Source: an uncultured archaeon (GTDB lineage: Archaea > Thermoproteota > Bathyarchaeia > Bathyarchaeales > Bathycorpusculaceae). From it: a stretch of DNA of 64,000 nt. Below, piece after piece: positions 58,589 to 64,000 of the stretch (its first letter is position 1; each line of letters starts with the position of its first letter). The position numbers and the translations under genes were made by a program. The stretch lies in the NCBI GenBank assembly GCA_963810275.1, contig CAWENF010000022.1:1-64000 (forward strand), read 5' to 3'. Under the pieces are notes generated by a model. The model made no database searches. It was not told the origin of the DNA and was given only the letters and a program-made list of their open reading frames with translations.

Positions 58589-58840
58589 TTATTCTACGTG
58601 CATGGTGTCTACGTCTTTACCGTGGAATTCCTTGTGCGCCGTCCTTAGATGCTTCATATGGACAAGGTGCAGGTGCTTTTCTGCTGCCTCTTGGATGTCG
58701 AAGGATTTTCCGCATTCTGGACACATGTACTCGTGCTCTTTGCCATGGATTATTGCGGTGCTGTGGCCTTCAGTGTGTTTGGGTTCACCGACGCTTCCTT
58801 CTTCCCCGATTTGGTCGCTGGAGTGATTTTGTTCTGACAT
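58589..58840 (-). CDS. His-rich C2H2 zinc-finger small protein
   Basis: YMCPECGKSFDIQEAAEKHLHLVH; GAGG SD. Confidence 0.85.
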   Translation of the reverse strand: MSEQNHSSDQIGEEGSVGEPKHTEGHSTAIIHGKEHEYMCPECGKSFDIQEAAEKHLHLVHMKHLRTAHKEFHGKDVDTMHVE

Positions 58841-58923
58841 ACAAAAAACCTCGCTTATAACCCAAGTATCAAAACGGTATTAACGTATGTGGCTACATGC
58901 AAGCAGTAACATAGAAAAATCCT

Positions 58924-59124
58924 TTAACTCTGCATCGTCAACTGTTCGCCCTCAAAGCTGAGTCCATGATTCTCTTTGTTGTGCACCAGCAGCTCCTGCT
59001 TCGAATCCAGTTTGGCACCGCAGACTTGGCAGGTTATATCATGCGCCTTTACCACGTGACTTATCATTTGGTCGTAGCTGTCGAATTGGGCTCCGCATCC
59101 CGGGCATTTCGTTAATTGAGTCAT
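58924..59124 (-). CDS. Tandem C2H2 zinc-finger small protein
   Basis: CPGCGAQF..HVVKAH and CQVCGAKL..HNKENH; GGAGGTGA SD. Confidence 0.88.
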   Translation of the reverse strand: MTQLTKCPGCGAQFDSYDQMISHVVKAHDITCQVCGAKLDSKQELLVHNKENHGLSFEGEQLTMQS

Positions 59125-59173
59125 CTGTTTTTCACCTCCATTTCGAGTCTTCTGTGAGTTTTCAGGTTTAAGT

Positions 59174-59725
59174 TTAGGTTGGAATCGGGGAAGCCTTGCC
59201 TTGGACGCCCTGAAGCTTACGGAGCAGGTTTATGGTGGCTGCGCAGAAGTCAGGCAAGTCGGCGGGCCAGCGGGACGTGACGATGTTGCCGTCGGTTACG
59301 GAGGATTTGTCTGTTACGACGTTTGCACCTGCATTCTTCAGGTCCACCCGCACGGATGGCCAACTGGTCATGGTTTTGCCCCGCACCACATCGGCTGAGA
59401 TTAGCATTTGGGGTCCATGGCATATGGCGGCTATCACCATGCCCTTGCCGTTGGCTTCCTTTATGATTTTAACTAAGCCATCGTTTAATCGCATTCTGTC
59501 GGGTCCTCTGCCACCTGGCACTATGACAGCGTCGTACTGGTTCAGCCTGACATGTTCGGGAGCCAACTCGGAAGTAAACGATACGCCGTGCTCGCCAGTG
59601 TATGTTTGCTGTGCCTTGGGGGCGACGATGTCGGGTTTGTAGCCTTCCTCTTGGAAGCGGTAGTAGGGGTAGATGAATTCTGAGTCTTCAAAGCCGTCTT
59701 CTAAAAAAATCAGGATTTTCTTCAT
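59174..59725 (-). CDS. pfpI: PfpI/DJ-1 family protease/deglycase
   Basis: GFEDSE, VPGG, AICHGP and DGNIVTSR; start MKKILIF at 59725. Confidence 0.92.
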   Translation of the reverse strand: MKKILIFLEDGFEDSEFIYPYYRFQEEGYKPDIVAPKAQQTYTGEHGVSFTSELAPEHVRLNQYDAVIVPGGRGPDRMRLNDGLVKIIKEANGKGMVIAAICHGPQMLISADVVRGKTMTSWPSVRVDLKNAGANVVTDKSSVTDGNIVTSRWPADLPDFCAATINLLRKLQGVQGKASPIPT

Positions 59726-59802
59726 AGAATCTCCATGGGTTTTAGGCGGAAAGTGTCCTAAAAACAGTTGTTGTTCCATTCTGTAGGCAACAGAACCTGC
59801 AT

Positions 59803-60690
59803 TTAGCGTTCTGTAACTGTAACCGCCGCATCCTTTCGTTCTGTGTAGGCGGCTACTTTCTTGTTTATCGTGGACAGCAGGCTCCTGTCGAGTTCGTAGC
59901 CGACGCAGTTACGCTCGGTCTTCATCGCCACTTTCAGGGTTGTTCCTGAACCTAAGAAGGGATCAAGCACTGTTTCGCCTTTGACACTAAACATCCTAAT
60001 CAGCCGCTCTGCAACTTCATCGGGAAAAGCAGCTGTGCGCCGCTCCAACTCACTGGCGGTTTGCCGTGTGCCCTTGAAAGCCCAGATTTGACTAAACCAC
60101 TCATCCCGCTGCGCCTTCGTAAACTTGCTTTCATAGCGCTCTTTATGATGAGGCTCGAACTTGCGCAGTTTCCCCTTGCGGAACAGCAGAATAAACTCGC
60201 AATCCAATGTTACATAAGCGTTAGGGGGCAGAAAACCTGAGCCCAAAAATGCGCCTTTACCCTTGTAGGTGGGTTTGTTAGTTGGTTTCTTCCAGAGGAT
60301 ATAGGGTAGGCTAGTGAAACCGATTTTTTCGCATTCCTCGGTTATGCGACTGTGGTTTGGGAATAATCGAAATTTGCCTGCGAAGGTGCGGGTTGCGTCG
60401 CCGACGTTTATCGCAGCGATTCCGCCGTCTACCAATACGCGGAAGGTTTCTGCCCAGACTTTGGAGAGGTTTTGGTGCATAGCATCATAGATTTGCCGCA
60501 AGGTTACTTCGTCGACGTCTGCTTCAAGTTTTTTCCAAAGTTTCCCAATTTTGGGGTCCGATTGGAAAAGGGTGTCCCACATGGCTATCATGGGGTAAGG
60601 CGGAGAAGTCACCATCAACTGCACACTGCCATCTGCCAATTCGTTCATGCGCTGGCTGTTACCGACTACGATTGTGTGCTTGGTCTGCAT
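59803..60690 (-). CDS. Orphan N4-C/N6-A DNA methyltransferase (beta class)
   Basis: Catalytic TSPPY precedes the SAM-binding VLDPFLGSGTT. Confidence 0.9.
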   Translation of the reverse strand: MQTKHTIVVGNSQRMNELADGSVQLMVTSPPYPMIAMWDTLFQSDPKIGKLWKKLEADVDEVTLRQIYDAMHQNLSKVWAETFRVLVDGGIAAINVGDATRTFAGKFRLFPNHSRITEECEKIGFTSLPYILWKKPTNKPTYKGKGAFLGSGFLPPNAYVTLDCEFILLFRKGKLRKFEPHHKERYESKFTKAQRDEWFSQIWAFKGTRQTASELERRTAAFPDEVAERLIRMFSVKGETVLDPFLGSGTTLKVAMKTERNCVGYELDRSLLSTINKKVAAYTERKDAAVTVTER

Positions 60691-60739
60691 CCGCTCTATC
60701 TATCGTGGGATGGCTGTTTTACCTTTGCGGTGAAAAAGG

Positions 60740-61520
60740 CTATTGTTTTCTGCAAGACAGGTTAATGCGCCGAAATGTCTCGAAACAAGTCCCGTCAGCT
60801 TGCAATGTTTCGCTAACCATCTTCTTTACAACGTAGTCCCTGAAGGCTTTCTTGCATTCATGTGGGATGCATTCAAGGAATGGAACGATACTGGGCTGGT
60901 CAACCCACGCAATCATTGTTTCCTTATCGAGAAAATAGCGATCTGCAACTTCTCCCCACACTTTGACTTCGTCGAATCTAGACAGCCTAACCAAATCCTC
61001 GTACTCGTCAAGCGCAGGCATATACCAAGGCCACTCGAAAGCTTTGAAAAACTTTGCGTATGCTGGTTGCTCCATCGCTTCTTTAATTACTTTAAAGAAA
61101 TGTGAGCAGTTGCCTTCAGCGGCGAAGTTGAAGCGTACTAACCCCATTTTTCTTAGGCTTTGATAGGTATGTTCTAAAAGGCGACGGTGGTCTTTGACCC
61201 AGTGAAGGGTCGCGTTAGAGTAGACTAGATCAAAGTCTTCTTTGTAGCCAATGAGTGTTGATGTCTTGGCACTTGAAGGCAAGATTGGGCCTGCTTAGTT
61301 TTTCGGCGACTTCTATCATTTCGTGGGATGCATCGATGCCCAGTACAAAGCCATCTGGCACTAACTCAGCTAAATGAGCGGTCAAAGCCCCGTCTCCGCA
61401 GCCCAAGTCAAGGATGCGTTCGTTTCTATGGAACTGGAGTTCGGAAATAATCCTTTTTCCCCATTCCTTCTGGTGGGTTGACGATTTCTTGTAGGCTTCA
61501 CCGTCAAATTCATATGGCAA
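60740..61520 (-). CDS. Class I SAM-dependent methyltransferase, Tam-like (frameshift near 61275)
   Basis: ILDLGCGDG and GIDAS in ORF 61230-61529; FDLVYSNATLHWV in ORF 60740-61282. Confidence 0.85.
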
Positions 61521-61691
61521 AAAAATCACCTGTGTCCAAAAACGGGTTAACGGTGGAAGTATTTATTTTTTGCACAATCAATAACTGATTTTTTTATCGC
61601 TTCAGGGCTTCCATAGCTCTTGGTTGAAAATCGTTGGGATATGCGGGAAATGATTAATAAACCAGAACCCAAACCTTAGGTACTGCATTGG

Positions 61692-61818
61692 GCTACGGTA
61701 ACCAAGCCAGGTCAAAGGTGAAGGACTCAAGATCAACGTTTGGCCGGCAGGTCTGGCCCCAGACGGATGGGATATCCTTTCCCGCAGGGGTTCGCAGGTT
61801 CGAATCCTGCCCGTAGCA
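61692..61818 (+). tRNA. tRNA-Leu (CAA) with 42-nt intron at 37/38 (61732-61773)
   Basis: Acceptor stem GCTACGG/CCGTAGC with A73; anticodon stem AAGGA/TCCTT with CAA; long variable arm; T-loop TTCGAAT; BHB helix CUCA/UGGG with AGA and AUA bulges. Confidence 0.95.
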
Positions 61819-62726
61819 CTTTCACAGCTACCTGTAGCAGTTTTAACCAGAGAATCTTTAATGTAGCCCAAGCCATGAAAACCAATGGCAACGCTGAAAG
61901 CACGATTATAAGCACAGTTAGGCGCTTGAAATTTCTTGACAGAAACACAAACTTGGAGAATCCGCAAATCTGCAAGGACTACATAATAAATTATGAAGCA
62001 AGCAACGCGTACAAGGAAGGGTTAGCGATGGCATACAATCGCTATGTTACGCACACTGGATTAAACTGGAATATACCTTATTTTCAGAAGGAAGAGAGAT
62101 TACCAAACGTACCAAGCAACGAAGAAACAAACATAATAATATCATCATTCCAGCAGAAAATGGGCAACTATATTTACAATACTTAAAGAAACAGGATTAC
62201 GACCAATAGAGCTACACAGAAGCACACTAAAAAACATAGACTTAGAAAAAGGCACGATAAATGCCAAAGCATGCAAAAGAGGAAATCCGCGAATCCTAAA
62301 ACTTACAGATTCAACCTTAGCACTACTTAAAACATATATCACAAAAAACACAAGCAAAGCCCTTTTTCCAGCACCTCATGACCAATGCAGAGCATGGACA
62401 GAAGGCAGAAACCGCACAGCAAAAAAACTAAACCGACCAGAACTAATCAAATACAGATTATACGACTTAAGGCACTACTTCGCAACAATGCTATACGCAA
62501 AAACCAAAGACATCCTTTTAGTCAAACAACAACTCGGACACAAACGAATCGAACACACCCTAATCTACACACACCTAATCAACTTCTCAAACAGACGAAT
62601 ACATCTCAAAAACTGTCCAATCTTGGAACACAAACAACACTAAAAGAAATATGCGAATTAGCCGAAGCAGGATTCACACTATTTACAAAAACCGAAGAGT
62701 ACCAAATATTTAGGAAGACAAAATAA
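61819..62726 (+). CDS. Tyrosine recombinase/integrase (frameshifts near 62160 and 62590-62620)
   Basis: Middle frame reads ETGLRPIEL..K..RLYDLRHYFAT..LGHKRIEHTLIYTH, giving the R-K-(Y)xxR-H-Y catalytic set. First ATG is at 61875 but the frame is open back into the tRNA. Confidence 0.85.
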
Positions 62727-62774
62727 AATCTACAGCTACTTAAAAGCTAAAAGGCGAAATTACGTAATGAATGT

Positions 62775-63980
62775 TTGCAGTTCAAAGGTACTAAGGCTAA
62801 GATTATGATATTACAATACTTATTCTCTAATGGTCTATTAAGGGAAGTACTTGAAGGTCTAAAGAACCAATTGAAAGAGCAAATCAAGAGAGAAGACCCC
62901 AATTATCTTTTAACCGTAAACTTTGACGATTACTGTAACCATATAGCTCAAAAGTATTCAGTAGAGCCAATTTGTTTGAATGAAAAAGACATCTCGGTTG
63001 ACCACCAAGAAATCCACTCGCAATATGCCACAGGAACAAGAGTAACATACTATATTCCATTTAGTGGAGCAAATGATTTGTTTCAATATCGTTCCACAAC
63101 CTATACCTATAACCCACCACGCGGTATCGTAAAAAAACAAGTTCTAGAACTATCTTTTGATGACTTTAGTGGAAACTCATCCCAAATAAAGAATGAATTT
63201 GACAGGGCTATCGTTGAAATAAATAGATGGTTAGGTTGGATAACAAGCGAAGTAAACCAACATAATGAGCAACTCTTAGCTTTGGCACAAGAGTTAGTCA
63301 AGAGCAGACGTGAGAAATTATTAAGAGACCAAGGTTTAGTTGCAGACTTGGGTTTTCCAATTAGGAAAAGAGAAAATACGCCACTCACATATACAGTGCC
63401 CGAAATAAAGCGAAAGATTATCCCTAAACCCGAGGCAACAACAACTCCATTCCAGTCTGAACCAACTCTAAATATTGAAGAATATGAACACATACTGTCA
63501 ATAATTAGCAATATGACACTTGTAATGGAGAACAGCCCAAAAGCCTTCAAATCAATGAGTGAACCCGACATTAGACAACACTTTCTGGTACAGTTGAATG
63601 GGCATTATGAAGGTCAGGCAACTGGTGAAACATTCAATTATGAAGGAAAAACTGACATACTAATTAGGAGTCAAGGAAGAAACATCTTTATTGCCGAATG
63701 CAAGTTTTGGGAAGGCGCTAAAGGCTTACTTGAAACCATCTCGCAAATACTTGACTATCTAAGTTGGCGTGATACCAAGGCGGCTATTTTACTCTTTAAC
63801 AGGAACAAAGATTTTTCGAATGTGATTAATCAAATTCCTGAAATTGTGACAAAGCACCCGAATTACAAAAAGCAGTTATCTTTTAATTGCGAAACTGGTT
63901 TTAGGTTCATTCTAACTCAGAAGAATGACCAGAACAGAGAATTAACGCTTACTATACTAGGATTCGACATTCCAGTTTGA
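62775..63980 (+). CDS. Protein with C-terminal PD-(D/E)xK restriction-endonuclease-like domain (candidate defence gene)
   Basis: EPDIRQHFL...GETFNYEGKTDILIR..IFIAECKFW..QILDYL, preceded by an uncharacterised N-terminal domain. Confidence 0.7.
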   Translation: MQFKGTKAKIMILQYLFSNGLLREVLEGLKNQLKEQIKREDPNYLLTVNFDDYCNHIAQKYSVEPICLNEKDISVDHQEIHSQYATGTRVTYYIPFSGANDLFQYRSTTYTYNPPRGIVKKQVLELSFDDFSGNSSQIKNEFDRAIVEINRWLGWITSEVNQHNEQLLALAQELVKSRREKLLRDQGLVADLGFPIRKRENTPLTYTVPEIKRKIIPKPEATTTPFQSEPTLNIEEYEHILSIISNMTLVMENSPKAFKSMSEPDIRQHFLVQLNGHYEGQATGETFNYEGKTDILIRSQGRNIFIAECKFWEGAKGLLETISQILDYLSWRDTKAAILLFNRNKDFSNVINQIPEIVTKHPNYKKQLSFNCETGFRFILTQKNDQNRELTLTILGFDIPV

Positions 63981-64000
63981 TGAAAAGTCAATCGCCAACA

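Larger units (their letters stand above)
61819..64000. mobile_element. Left end of a tRNA-Leu-integrated element (continues past the window)
   Basis: Integrase immediately 3' of the tRNA, followed by a visibly AT-richer nuclease gene. Confidence 0.6.

Noticed and set aside
461-63571. Numerous short antisense or nested ORFs in the ORF track
   Set aside because: They lie within well-supported genes on another frame or strand and lack motifs; some are out-of-frame pieces of the frameshifted genes already merged above.
59803-63980. MTase plus nuclease as one restriction-modification system
   Set aside because: They are on opposite strands, ~2 kb apart, separated by the tRNA and integrase boundary, and differ in base composition.
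1-64000. CRISPR array, rRNA genes or IS transposase
   Set aside because: No regularly spaced repeats, rRNA-like blocks or transposase motifs were seen by eye.

Overview
This is an archaeal chromosomal window, most consistent with Bathyarchaeia (TACK). The inference rests on a CdvA/CdvB/CdvC(Vps4) cluster with an extra ESCRT-III gene, an eL22-like ribosomal protein, tetrahydromethanopterin-biosynthesis genes, archaeal-type TyrRS, PurA, AsnA and ligase, and a BHB-type tRNA intron. Most of it is housekeeping and metabolic genes. There are two tRNAs: His-GUG and an intron-containing Leu-CAA. The Leu tRNA is followed by a tyrosine recombinase and an AT-rich PD-(D/E)xK nuclease gene, which looks like the left edge of an integrated element. 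Features the ORF track misses: a box C/D sRNA whose guide matches the 16S C1402 region, several structured intergenic RNAs (~2350-2550, ~4880-5015, ~41485-41587, ~46830-46915), a 16-aa Lys-rich micro-ORF with complete expression signals, and two Cys-rich small proteins. About a dozen genes carry small frameshifts, which most likely reflect consensus or assembly indel errors rather than biology. All product calls come from motif recognition by eye; no database search was run.
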